Of a stretch of 64,000 nt of DNA, positions 41,148-50,151 are shown piece by piece. The notes beneath the pieces were generated by a model. It did no database searches, had not been told where the DNA came from, and was given only the letters and a program-made list of their open reading frames with translations. How positions within the stretch are numbered: the stretch's first letter is position 1; the number at the start of each line of letters is the position of its first letter. The DNA comes from an uncultured Chloroflexia bacterium (GTDB taxonomy: Bacteria > Chloroflexota > Anaerolineae > Anaerolineales > Anaerolineaceae). Location of the stretch: positions 17,480-81,479 of the forward strand of contig CAWJEB010000006.1 in NCBI GenBank assembly GCA_963841805.1. The letters run 5' to 3'. Made by a program: the position numbers and the translations under genes.

Positions 41148-41495
41148 ATGACAAACCGCCTGGATGAGTTTTCTCAATATCGAAAAAAGATGAATGCCCG
41201 CATTTCGGAGATCGACCACCTGGGCATAAAACGGTTTTACAATTTGGATTCAAGCGCTTACCATGATGGCGCTCTGGATGAAAAGACCAAAGAACTGCTG
41301 GGTTTGACCGCTTCGATGGTGCTGCGCTGCAACGATTGTATCGATTATCACGTTTTGCAGTGCGTTGCGGCGGGCTGGACAGATGCAGAGCTTTATGACG
41401 CTTTCAATGTCGCACTGATCGTGGGCGGCAGTATCGTAATCCCTCATTTGCGCCACGCTGTGGAAACATTGGATCTTGCCCGCAACGCTGGATAA
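41148..41495 (+). CDS. Carboxymuconolactone decarboxylase (AhpD-like) family protein
   Basis: CNDCIDYH (CxxC..H) in a 115-aa helical protein. Confidence 0.75.
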   Translation: MTNRLDEFSQYRKKMNARISEIDHLGIKRFYNLDSSAYHDGALDEKTKELLGLTASMVLRCNDCIDYHVLQCVAAGWTDAELYDAFNVALIVGGSIVIPHLRHAVETLDLARNAG

Positions 41496-41554
41496 CCATT
41501 GGACGTATACTGAGATAGACGAAGTTTACAAACTGGTTTTAAAAAGGTTGTCAA

Positions 41555-42412
41555 ATGAGTGGCACCGTAAACGAGACGAAATATAAATTGGGGCTGGCGC
41601 TCAGCGGCGGCGGTGCCAGGGGATTGGCGCATTTAGGTTTTCTGAAAGTCCTTGAGCGCGAAAAGATCAAGGTGGATTTTCTATCCGGCACCAGCATGGG
41701 TTCAGTCATCGCTGCTGCTTACGCCCGTGGTATGGACCTGGATGAATTGGAAGCTGCCATTGTCCATGCAACAACTATGAGAAACATGATTCGCTTGGTG
41801 AGTCTCACTCCGCCAACTCGTGGATTGTTCGATCTGCACAAGGTGAAATCTGTCCTCGCGCACCTTATCCCGGAATCGGTGACCTTTAAGGACCTCCGTA
41901 TTCCGCTGGCAGTCTGTGCCACCGACCTGATCCAATCGATAGCCGTAACTCTTAACGAAGGGGATGTTTTACCTGCTGTGCTGGCTTCCTGCGCGGTGCC
42001 TGGCATATTCCCCCCTGTATATAAGAAGCCATACAAACTGGTAGATGGCGGTGTACTGAATAACCTTCCGGTGGATCTGGTGAGAAATCTCGGAGCCGAG
42101 AAGATCATTGCCATCGATGTGCAGGTCAACCCATTCGATAATATTCCCTGGGAAGACCATCCTGTAGCGGAACGTATTCCGATCCCTATTCCTTCATCAT
42201 TGAAAGATATCCTGTGGTCGGCTACGATGATGATGGCTCAGATTACGCAGGTGCAGATTCAGAAGATCAAACCGGATATTTATATTCGCCCCAATATCCC
42301 AAGGGATGTAACCTTGTTTACGGGTTTTCATAAAGCCAGCGAAGTGATAGCCGTCGGCGCTCAAGCAGCAGAGGAATATTTACCGGAGATCAGACGCCTG
42401 TTGGAAGAATAG
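41555..42412 (+). CDS. Patatin-like phospholipase
   Basis: GLALSGGGARGLAHLG (oxyanion), GTSMGS (nucleophile), VDGGVLNN (catalytic Asp). Confidence 0.85.
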   Translation: MSGTVNETKYKLGLALSGGGARGLAHLGFLKVLEREKIKVDFLSGTSMGSVIAAAYARGMDLDELEAAIVHATTMRNMIRLVSLTPPTRGLFDLHKVKSVLAHLIPESVTFKDLRIPLAVCATDLIQSIAVTLNEGDVLPAVLASCAVPGIFPPVYKKPYKLVDGGVLNNLPVDLVRNLGAEKIIAIDVQVNPFDNIPWEDHPVAERIPIPIPSSLKDILWSATMMMAQITQVQIQKIKPDIYIRPNIPRDVTLFTGFHKASEVIAVGAQAAEEYLPEIRRLLEE

Positions 42413-42501
42413 TTGAAAATCCTCAAAAATTCAATATTTAGCGTAAACACACCTTATAATAAGTAGAGGGGTACTGAAAAACCAACAGGAGGAGTTTGCT
42501 T

Positions 42502-42831
42502 ATGTTTGATTTTATTTCCGACTTATTCCCTGGGAGCACCTCAAACCCCAAAGTTTCCCTGAATCCTGATCAAAAACGCGATGTGGACGCTTTCACCCAG
42601 GAATTGATCGTGATCGGAAAAAAAGAAGATTTTCTTTCCGAGAGGCCGGGCGGAGCATTTAATGGACAATGTCATCACCGGCGTACCCGCGAGATCGGCG
42701 TGAAATTAAATGCCATGGCAGGTATGGATTTGATGACAAAGGTTTTTTTCAAAGTGAAGAAAAAAGTTGGGAAACAATTGAGCGAACACCTTGAATATGC
42801 CTGGTCCGGAATTGGTCAATGGATGGCATGA
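42502..42831 (+). CDS. hypothetical protein (109 aa)
   Basis: ATG 42502 follows GGAGG; no family recognised. Confidence 0.45.
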   Translation: MFDFISDLFPGSTSNPKVSLNPDQKRDVDAFTQELIVIGKKEDFLSERPGGAFNGQCHHRRTREIGVKLNAMAGMDLMTKVFFKVKKKVGKQLSEHLEYAWSGIGQWMA

Positions 42832-42849
42832 GACAGTGAAGGAAATTAC

Positions 42850-44022
42850 ATGAAAAGCATTGTTTATTACGGCTCACCGCGCCAGGCACTTTTAGATGCG
42901 AAAGAATCGCTTCCTGCAAAACTGGACTTGATCATCGAAAAATTGAATATCCGTGAACGCGTCAAAGAAGAATCGGTCTGTATCAAAATGCACACAGGCA
43001 ATAACATTGGCTACTCTACAATTCACCCCGTGTTTGTTCGAAAACTGGTGCAGGCTGTTAAAGATGGTGGGGGCAAGCCTTTTATCGCGGATGTCAGTTG
43101 GGATGTGGAAGGCGCTGAATCGCGGGGTTACACCTCGGAAGTATTGGATTGCCCCATCTACCCCGCCGGCGGCCCGGATGATAAGTATTTTTATGCCCAT
43201 AAGCGGCCATTTAAGGGCATCAAAGAATGGAAACTGGCTGGTATGATCCAGGATGCCAGTTTTCTGATCGACTTCGCCCATATCAAAGGACACCCAAGCT
43301 GTGGTTTCGGCGGGGCATTCAAGAACCTGGCTCTCGGTTGTATGGTCGGCGACACGCGTAGTGCCATTCATGACACGTGCCATTACGACCCCTACTGGTT
43401 CAGCGAAAAATGCCCCGATGCGGAAACCCGCCGGAAGATCATTGACTCCTGCCCGCATTCCGCCCTGGTCGAAGATAAACATCACCCTGGAGAATTGCAT
43501 CTTCACATCGAACAATGCAACCAATGCGGCAGATGTTTGCAGGTAGCTCCGCCGGGATCATTGAAGATCGACCCGGTTAACTTTCATACATTTCAGGAAG
43601 CTTGCGCCATCTCCACTGCCATCACGCTTTCCACATTTGACCCTGCGAAGGTCACCTTCCTCAGCCTGGCAACCCATATGACGCCGGTATGCGACTGTTT
43701 CGGTTTCACCAGCATGCAAATATTGCCGGATGCTGGTATCTTCGGTTCGGATGACATTGTGGCGATCGAACAGGCATTGCTGGATATGACCATGGATTCT
43801 CCCCTGTATGAGGAGAATATTCCAACATCCATGGAAGTCCATACCCGGTCTGGTCATCCATTTGCCTGGCTGCACGGTCCGCTCAAAGATCCGTACAAGG
43901 TCATTGAATATGGTGCAGCGCTTGGGTTGGGGTCGCGCGAATATGATCTGGTGGATGTTCTCCCGGTCCAGAAGTATAAGCGGCGCCGGTTCACTATATT
44001 CCTGCAAAATAGCAGCGGGTAG
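42850..44022 (+). CDS. DUF362 Fe-S protein (COG2768-like) with ferredoxin-type insert
   Basis: VCIKMHTGNNIGYSTIHPVF...GGKPFIADV parallels the COG2768 N-terminus. CNQCGRC is a 4Fe-4S-type motif. Confidence 0.75.
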   Translation: MKSIVYYGSPRQALLDAKESLPAKLDLIIEKLNIRERVKEESVCIKMHTGNNIGYSTIHPVFVRKLVQAVKDGGGKPFIADVSWDVEGAESRGYTSEVLDCPIYPAGGPDDKYFYAHKRPFKGIKEWKLAGMIQDASFLIDFAHIKGHPSCGFGGAFKNLALGCMVGDTRSAIHDTCHYDPYWFSEKCPDAETRRKIIDSCPHSALVEDKHHPGELHLHIEQCNQCGRCLQVAPPGSLKIDPVNFHTFQEACAISTAITLSTFDPAKVTFLSLATHMTPVCDCFGFTSMQILPDAGIFGSDDIVAIEQALLDMTMDSPLYEENIPTSMEVHTRSGHPFAWLHGPLKDPYKVIEYGAALGLGSREYDLVDVLPVQKYKRRRFTIFLQNSSG

Positions 44023-44080
44023 GAATAATACCTGGCCGGATAGACCTTATTTGTACCTGCGAATTGAATAAAATAAAAAA

Positions 44081-44112
44081 GAAAAGCTCGGGGGGGACGA
44101 GCTTTTCTTTTT
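44081..44112. terminator. Bidirectional terminator between convergent genes (DUF362 / NYN)
   Basis: GAAAAGCTCG (44081-44090) / CGAGCTTTTC (44098-44107), with an A-run upstream and a T-run downstream. Confidence 0.7.
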
Positions 44113-44229
44113 GAACTCTTCGACACCGAATACCATTAAATACTAAATGGTGTCTATATTTGATATTATATATAAAAATTGTCCAATTGTATTAAATTTA
44201 TATTAGTATTTAGATACAATTACTCTAGT

Positions 44230-44694
44230 TTATTTTTTTGAGAACTCTTCAAGCCACTCAGCAATCTCTGCTTCAGATAGATCAGGTCCTTCACCGGGAT
44301 TGCCGGTTCCTTTTTCGAAACCCCTCGCCAGTTTGCGCGCAAAATCTTCAGAACTCAAAAGCTGGGCATGGACTGCTTTTACATTCGTCATGATCATCCT
44401 GTCGGAGGTGACCACCGTCCAGTTTTTGGCGTTCTTGCCCATCAAACGAATTCGTTTGATGATCCTTTCGTCGGCGATGGTTTTATCAGAAACAAAGATC
44501 GCCTTAACCCGCCCGAATTGCTTCGTCGCTGCAAACCCGGGTGGCGCTTTGTCAAAGTAAACCTCGATCGATGTCTGGCTGACCCGTGCGAAATCCTGCA
44601 GCAGCTTGATCAATTTATCCTCGTCGTCAATATCCTGCAGGCTGATGCCGGGGATTTTTGGGATCAAATTGTGGCCGTCAATAATATATGGCAT
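44230..44694 (-). CDS. NYN/PIN-like RNA-binding nuclease domain protein (YacP/Rae1-like)
   Basis: PYIIDGHNLI ... IEVYFD ... VVTSD matches the YacP-type NYN domain layout. Confidence 0.7.
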   Translation of the reverse strand: MPYIIDGHNLIPKIPGISLQDIDDEDKLIKLLQDFARVSQTSIEVYFDKAPPGFAATKQFGRVKAIFVSDKTIADERIIKRIRLMGKNAKNWTVVTSDRMIMTNVKAVHAQLLSSEDFARKLARGFEKGTGNPGEGPDLSEAEIAEWLEEFSKK

Positions 44695-44784
44695 GATTTC
44701 CGCATCTCTTTTAACATGTAATCAGGTAAATGATTTTAGTAAAATTCAAAGTTTATGCTATCATTATTCATCAGGGATTAAACC

Positions 44785-45333
44785 ATGAAACAGACAAAAC
44801 GGCTAATGTTATACCTGTTCATCAATGTGATCGTCTCTGCCTGTACGATTCTTTCGGTCCTGTGGCTTTGGGATAGACCCGATAAACCATTGCAAGGGTT
44901 GCTTTCCGGGCAGCCGCCTGCCGTGGAAGCGACTGGTTTGCAGGCAGCCAACAACAACCCCGCCCCTGATACAGTGGTTACTCCGCAGCCGACACAAAAC
45001 TCTAAACCGGTGGAATACCCCAAAGGGCTGATCATATTTGATAATATTATTGGGGCTGGCAGCGCTGCCAATGAGGTTGTAATTCTCAGGCGTCAGGGCG
45101 ATGGCGAACTGCAGATGACAGATTGGAAGCTGGAAGATACCAACGGCAATGTATTTCCTTTCCCCGACCTCACCCTTTATAAAGACGGCGCTGTTCACAT
45201 CTATACAACCGCCGGGATGAATACCGTGATCGATCTGTTCTGGAACAAAGCTGACCCTGTCTGGCAGGTCGGCGAAACAGCCACGCTCCTGGACCCGCTG
45301 GGAAATATTCAAGCTACTTATTCCATTCCTTAA
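44785..45333 (+). CDS. Membrane-anchored lamin-tail-domain (LTD) protein
   Basis: N-terminal TM helix followed by IIGAGSAANEVVILRRQGDGELQMTDWKLEDTNGNVFPFPDLTLYKDGAVHIYT. Confidence 0.65.
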   Translation: MKQTKRLMLYLFINVIVSACTILSVLWLWDRPDKPLQGLLSGQPPAVEATGLQAANNNPAPDTVVTPQPTQNSKPVEYPKGLIIFDNIIGAGSAANEVVILRRQGDGELQMTDWKLEDTNGNVFPFPDLTLYKDGAVHIYTTAGMNTVIDLFWNKADPVWQVGETATLLDPLGNIQATYSIP

Positions 45334-45337
45334 ACCT

Positions 45338-47008
45338 ATGACACAAGCACTTTACAGAAAATGGCGCCCAAAATTATGGGAAGAGGTGGTCGGACAGGAT
45401 CATATCGTCCAGACCATGAAAAATGCGATCGCGGCCGACCGCGTTGGCCATGCCTACCTTTTCTCCGGTCCGCGTGGAACAGGCAAGACCACCACCGCCC
45501 GCTTGCTGGCAAAGGCAGTCAATTGCGTCGGTGAGAGCACAGAAAAACCCTGTGATCAGTGTCCCAACTGCCTGGCTGTCAACGAGGGCAGTTTTATGGA
45601 CCTGATCGAAATGGACGCCGCAACCAATACCGGTGTGGATGATGTGCGTGACCTGCGGGATAAGATCAACTTCTCACCCAACCTGGGCCGCTACAAGGTC
45701 TATATTATTGATGAAGTTCACATGTTTACCAACAATGCTTTCAATGCCATTTTAAAAACATTGGAAGAACCCCCTCCGCATGCCATCTTCATCCTGGCAA
45801 CAACCGAACTCCACAAGATACCGCCTACCATCCTCTCGCGCTGTCAACGCTATGAATTCCGCCGTATTCCAGTCGCCACAATTTCAGATCTACTTCGAAA
45901 AAAGGCGGATGAAGAAGGCTTCGATGTGACACCGGAGGTGCTTACCCTCATTGCACGGCAGGCGACAGGCAGCATGCGGGACGCCATCTCCCTGCTGGAT
46001 CAACTGGCATCCACAACCTCCACCATCACCATCGATCTGGCCTTATCAGTTTTGGGAACCGCCACGAATACCGCCATCACAAATATCGTGGATTGCATGA
46101 TCGCGCTTGAAGCCGGAAAAGCCATGGATCAGCTTCAAATCGCTTTGGATGGCGGCACGGAAGCCCGTCAGCTTGCCAGGCAAATGGTGGAATACTTGCG
46201 CAATCTGCTGCTGGCAAAGAACGGGAATGTGAGCCTGGTGGATACCACCCTTGAATTGCGGGATGTCATTGCCAAACAGTCAGCACAAATGAATACCCGG
46301 CATCTTCTCTCAGCCATTGAACGTTTCAATGGCGCCGCAAGCGATACACGCCGCAGCGGATGGCAGCCCGGTCTGGCTTTCGAGCTTGCCCTGGCTGAAA
46401 CCATCGAGGACATGAAAGGGAGCGTCTCCGTTCAGCCTCTCCACGAAAGAGCACAAACTGAAAAGACAAAAACGCCTATCAGCAGGGATGTGCCTGCGGG
46501 TGAACATCCTAAAAAGGTGGAGGAAGCGGCTCCTCAAAAAGGATCGGCAGCGCCCGCGAAGGGCAAAGAAGAAGCAGTCATCAATAAAAAAAGGGATGTG
46601 GTTGAAGGGGTAGTAGAAGCACCGGCCGTTGGCTCTGAGTTCACAACCATCGTCAATAACTGGCGCAAGATCGTGGATACCGTTCGCAAATATAATCCAT
46701 TAACCCAATCCATCGTCCTTTCCAGCCAGCCCTCTATGATAAAAAGCGGCTGCCTGTACCTGGCTTTCAGCAAGGATTACGAATTCTTAAAGTCGAAGAT
46801 GGAAGAGAACGATCACATCGAGCACACTCGCAGGGCTGTTCAAACTGTCACAGGGTTGGATTACCCCATCCGTTGTATCATCTCCGATTCCAAAGGCTCA
46901 GCCGCAGAAAGCAAGCGGAAGCTGGAAAAGGATGGCATGATCAGCACGGCTTTGCGGGAACTTGGCGGGCAGGTGGTAAAAGAGCAGGAAATTGGTGAGA
47001 AAGAGTAA
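45338..47008 (+). CDS. dnaX: DNA polymerase III subunit gamma/tau
   Basis: GPRGTGKTTTARLLAKA, Zn module CDQCPNC, IIDEVHMF, ILSRCQRYEFRRI. Confidence 0.9.
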   Translation: MTQALYRKWRPKLWEEVVGQDHIVQTMKNAIAADRVGHAYLFSGPRGTGKTTTARLLAKAVNCVGESTEKPCDQCPNCLAVNEGSFMDLIEMDAATNTGVDDVRDLRDKINFSPNLGRYKVYIIDEVHMFTNNAFNAILKTLEEPPPHAIFILATTELHKIPPTILSRCQRYEFRRIPVATISDLLRKKADEEGFDVTPEVLTLIARQATGSMRDAISLLDQLASTTSTITIDLALSVLGTATNTAITNIVDCMIALEAGKAMDQLQIALDGGTEARQLARQMVEYLRNLLLAKNGNVSLVDTTLELRDVIAKQSAQMNTRHLLSAIERFNGAASDTRRSGWQPGLAFELALAETIEDMKGSVSVQPLHERAQTEKTKTPISRDVPAGEHPKKVEEAAPQKGSAAPAKGKEEAVINKKRDVVEGVVEAPAVGSEFTTIVNNWRKIVDTVRKYNPLTQSIVLSSQPSMIKSGCLYLAFSKDYEFLKSKMEENDHIEHTRRAVQTVTGLDYPIRCIISDSKGSAAESKRKLEKDGMISTALRELGGQVVKEQEIGEKE

Positions 47009-47039
47009 GCAGATCAAAGATTTGGAACAGGAGTAAATT

Positions 47040-47387
47040 ATGGCAAAAGGATTTAATCGTCCCCCCGGTGGCGGTATGGCTGGTGGCGGCGGCGGAATGA
47101 TGCAGCAGATCAAAAAGATGCAGGAACAGCTTGCAGCCGCCCAGGATGAGTTGGCCGTCCAAACTGTGACCGCCAGCGTTGGCGGCGGTGTGATCAAGAT
47201 CACCATGACGGGTGACCAGCAATGCAAAGGGGTTGAGATCGACCCCGAAATGTTAAAGGATGCCGATGCTGAAATGCTGCAAGACCTCGTCCTCAGCGCC
47301 ATCAACGCCGCCCTCGACCAATCACGGGAAATGGCTTCCGAGAAAATGGGACCCCTGGCGGGTGGATTGGGCGGTTTAGGCCTGTAA
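47040..47387 (+). CDS. ybaB: YbaB/EbfC family nucleoid-associated protein
   Basis: MMQQIKKMQEQLAAAQDEL ... GGGVIKITMTGDQQ ... IDPEML, in the canonical position between dnaX and recR. Confidence 0.9.
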   Translation: MAKGFNRPPGGGMAGGGGGMMQQIKKMQEQLAAAQDELAVQTVTASVGGGVIKITMTGDQQCKGVEIDPEMLKDADAEMLQDLVLSAINAALDQSREMASEKMGPLAGGLGGLGL

Positions 47388-47388
47388 A

Positions 47389-47994
47389 ATGGGTGGATTA
47401 CCAGAGCCAGTTCAAGACCTGATCGATGCGTTTTCGCGCTTACCCGGGGTAGGTCCCAAGACCGCCTCCCGCCTGGCATTCTACCTTTTAAATGCCCCGG
47501 AGGATTATGGCAAAAACCTGGCCGATGCCCTGCTGGGTTTGAAATCCGGGATCGGTCTGTGCGAGGAATGTTACAACATCACCCTCTCCAACCAGAAGAT
47601 CTGCGAGGTTTGCGGTTCATCCCAACGGGATGGAGCAAGCCTGTGTGTGGTTGAAAAACCGTTGGATGTGCTGGTGCTGGAAAAAACACAGGGATTCTTT
47701 GGCAAGTATCATGTGCTGCATGGCGTCCTCTCACCCATTGAAGGGATCGGGCCGGACGACCTGCGCATTCACGAGTTGATCGCCCGCATCAAGCTTGGCG
47801 TGATCAAGGAAGTCATCCTGGCAACCAACCCCAGCATGGAAGGCGATGCCACAGCGCAGTATCTGCAGCAGCAATTGACCGGGTTGGGCGTGCGCGTAAC
47901 CCGCCTGGCGCGTGGACTGCCCATGGGCGGCGAGCTGGAATATGCCGACCAGAACACCCTGTTGCGCGCCCTCGCCGGCCGCCAGGAAATGTAA
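47389..47994 (+). CDS. recR: Recombination protein RecR
   Basis: LPGVGPKTASRLAF (HhH), Cys4 finger CEECYNI...CEVC, Toprim region VVEKPLDV ... ATNPSMEGDATA. Confidence 0.95.
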   Translation: MGGLPEPVQDLIDAFSRLPGVGPKTASRLAFYLLNAPEDYGKNLADALLGLKSGIGLCEECYNITLSNQKICEVCGSSQRDGASLCVVEKPLDVLVLEKTQGFFGKYHVLHGVLSPIEGIGPDDLRIHELIARIKLGVIKEVILATNPSMEGDATAQYLQQQLTGLGVRVTRLARGLPMGGELEYADQNTLLRALAGRQEM

Positions 47995-48240
47995 GCGGTA
48001 TTAAGATATTTAATAATTTCCCCAATCCGTATTATTTTTAAAGATTATTGCTTTTTTGATGGTGGGAATATAATATATTAGCGACCAGCTATTAAGAGCC
48101 TCTCGTGGCGGGGATAAATTTCGCCACGGTGCGGGGACGGTAACTTTGGCGCGAACGAACTTTAACCAACTTAACCTGATGGAGCAGATGGAGGCCTTGG
48201 GATCATAACCAGCCCTGATAAAACCATCAGGATTTCCGCC
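47995..48240 (-). repeat. Diverged, inverted copy of the ~352-nt element (fills the whole recR/hydrolase spacer)
   Basis: The reverse complement of 48189-48239 matches the first 51 nt of the copies at 55257 and 56239 at 43 of 51 positions (hand count). Beyond that only short patches align. Confidence 0.6.
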
Positions 48241-48247
48241 AGGTAAA

Positions 48248-49783
48248 GTGAGACCAATAAGTTTAATAATATATCGAATGAGCCCGATAATATCTATTTT
48301 CTTTGACCTGGTTAATCTGCTTTTACTTATCTCCCATGTAATTCTTTTTTACAGGGGAAGCCATAAGTGGATATACCTCGTTGAAATAAGCAAGATCGTC
48401 CTATTTATATTATTTATTCTTTTTTTTAGACTTCATTTTCAAAATCTCACACTGCTGATCGGGAATGCAATATTTTCTCTCCTTTTATTTATCAACGGTT
48501 ATTATGCCCGGGATGATATGTGGCAGTATCTCGCAAAACTGACGAAAGTATTTGCTGGCTCCATTTTTGTTGCTGCGGTTGGAGTTGGTATCTATGTATT
48601 GTGGTTGTATCCCTACCCAATTTTTCCTGCCCCCACCGGAAGTTACAGGGTCGGAAAGGTTTCAGGTTTTCTATACGCGCCTGAATACCCGGAATTAGCG
48701 ATCAATGATACCGATCAGCGGGCAATCATGTACGAGATCTGGTATCCGGCAGATAATGTGATGGATAAAGATCTGGCGCCTTATGCCAACAATTCAACAG
48801 CCCTGTATGAGTCATTAAGAAAAAATGATCTTACCTATAACGGATACCCGGAGGTGATGGCTACCTCCTTCGATGGGTTTACAAGCCATGCGTATATGAA
48901 TGCCGATGTCTCACAAAAGATGGAGCAATTTCCAGTGCTGCTATTTTCATCCGGAGATGGCGGAACTTTGGGGCAGAACTCTTCACTGATGGAAGATCTG
49001 GCCAGTCATGGCTTTATTGTGGTTTCCGTCGGTCACCCATATTCAAATTTTACAAATCTTCCCGAAAAGATTACATTTTCTCCTCAAAAAATGCGTGAAT
49101 ATTGGAAAAATTATCGGGAAAAAAGGCAGGTAGTCACCGAGGATCTTTATTCAATACTACCGGAAGCTGCAGTTGAGATCTCTGATGCACAGATAAGAAC
49201 CACCCTGGAGCGCATGATCCCGATCCAGGATGGCTACGATTATAAGATAGATCATTGGGAGGAAGATACGATTGAAGTGCTTCGCGAATTAAAAATGTTG
49301 AACGCTTCTTCACCGAATATATTTTATGGCAAAATGGATCTTAACAATTTAGGCGTTTTAGGTCAAAGCCTGGGAGCGATGTTATCTGCTCAATTATGTG
49401 AAAAGATACCGGAAGTGAAAAGCTGTTTTATGGTCGATCCGCTTCCAACTATGGATTATTTCTTATCCGGGCAGACAAAGCCATCCATGATCCTGGTTAC
49501 AGATAAAAAGCTCCCGGTTTTCGAATACATCCTGAATATCTCGGCTGGCCCATCCTACCTGGTCTATATTCCCGGTACTCATCACTACTACTTTACTGAA
49601 CCAGCCATGTTATCTCCCGCAATGTTCGGCGATGATCGTGTTGATAATTTCACCCGCCTGTATCGGACCCTTGCAATCATGAATCGGTATGCAGTGCCAT
49701 TTTTTTTGAAATACAATGCTGCTTTAGCTGAAGACATCACCCGGGTGCCAGGATCGCTAATGATGGAAAAGAACGTCCAATAA
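48248..49783 (+). CDS. Membrane-anchored alpha/beta hydrolase, PAF-acetylhydrolase/lipase-like
   Basis: AT-rich gene. Multi-TM N-terminus, then VLLFSSGDGG, HGFIVVSVGHP and nucleophile elbow GQSLGA. Start uncertain (GTG 48248 or ATG 48278). Confidence 0.65.
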   Translation: MRPISLIIYRMSPIISIFFDLVNLLLLISHVILFYRGSHKWIYLVEISKIVLFILFILFFRLHFQNLTLLIGNAIFSLLLFINGYYARDDMWQYLAKLTKVFAGSIFVAAVGVGIYVLWLYPYPIFPAPTGSYRVGKVSGFLYAPEYPELAINDTDQRAIMYEIWYPADNVMDKDLAPYANNSTALYESLRKNDLTYNGYPEVMATSFDGFTSHAYMNADVSQKMEQFPVLLFSSGDGGTLGQNSSLMEDLASHGFIVVSVGHPYSNFTNLPEKITFSPQKMREYWKNYREKRQVVTEDLYSILPEAAVEISDAQIRTTLERMIPIQDGYDYKIDHWEEDTIEVLRELKMLNASSPNIFYGKMDLNNLGVLGQSLGAMLSAQLCEKIPEVKSCFMVDPLPTMDYFLSGQTKPSMILVTDKKLPVFEYILNISAGPSYLVYIPGTHHYYFTEPAMLSPAMFGDDRVDNFTRLYRTLAIMNRYAVPFFLKYNAALAEDITRVPGSLMMEKNVQ

Positions 49784-50083
49784 CCCTGCTTGATGAACGC
49801 TGTTCGAGCCTGTCTAAAAAAGATCTCCCCTGCCCGTGTGGATCGCCGCCCAGGTGTTTGCTGGTTTGAATTTTGTATAACTGAAGAAATTAACAAACAG
49901 CTGGAGTTCGAAAAAAAACCGCTCAGCCCGGACAACACACTAGGGTGAATGGAAACCCGGTACTCTTAGTTAATATCAAAGCTTTTTCGATCATGGCATA
50001 CCCGGAAAAATAAGGTTTTTTTCACCCTTTCTTACTGCTTGTTCTAAATTTGATAGTCTAAAAGGGAAGATGTTAGTTATCCC

Positions 50084-50136
50084 TTGACAGATATTTTTGG
50101 ATAGATTAATATGAATGAATATTCATTCATATTAAT
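50084..50136 (+). promoter_or_regulatory. Sigma-70-type promoter overlapped by a perfect 32-bp palindromic operator (putative TetR autoregulation site)
   Basis: TTGACA (50084-50089), 17-nt spacer, TAATAT (50107-50112). The palindrome ATTAATATGAATGAAT/ATTCATTCATATTAAT spans 50105-50136, 15 nt before the TetR ATG. Confidence 0.7.
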
Positions 50137-50151
50137 CACGGGACCTTCTAA

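Noticed and set aside
45898-45904. Canonical in-frame A AAA AAG slippery heptamer in dnaX, with a -1-frame TGA four codons later
   Set aside because: It lies at codons 187-189, inside the AAA+ module just after the SRC motif. A -1 product of about 191 aa could not be a functional gamma subunit, so this is probably a coincidence of Lys-Lys coding.
47995-48240. Possible SRP RNA (ffs) or another housekeeping RNA next to dnaX-ybaB-recR
   Set aside because: No helix-8 signature (GGAAGCAGC / GNRA tetraloop context) appears on either strand. The 5' core is repeated twice more at 55257 and 56239, which does not fit a single-copy housekeeping RNA.
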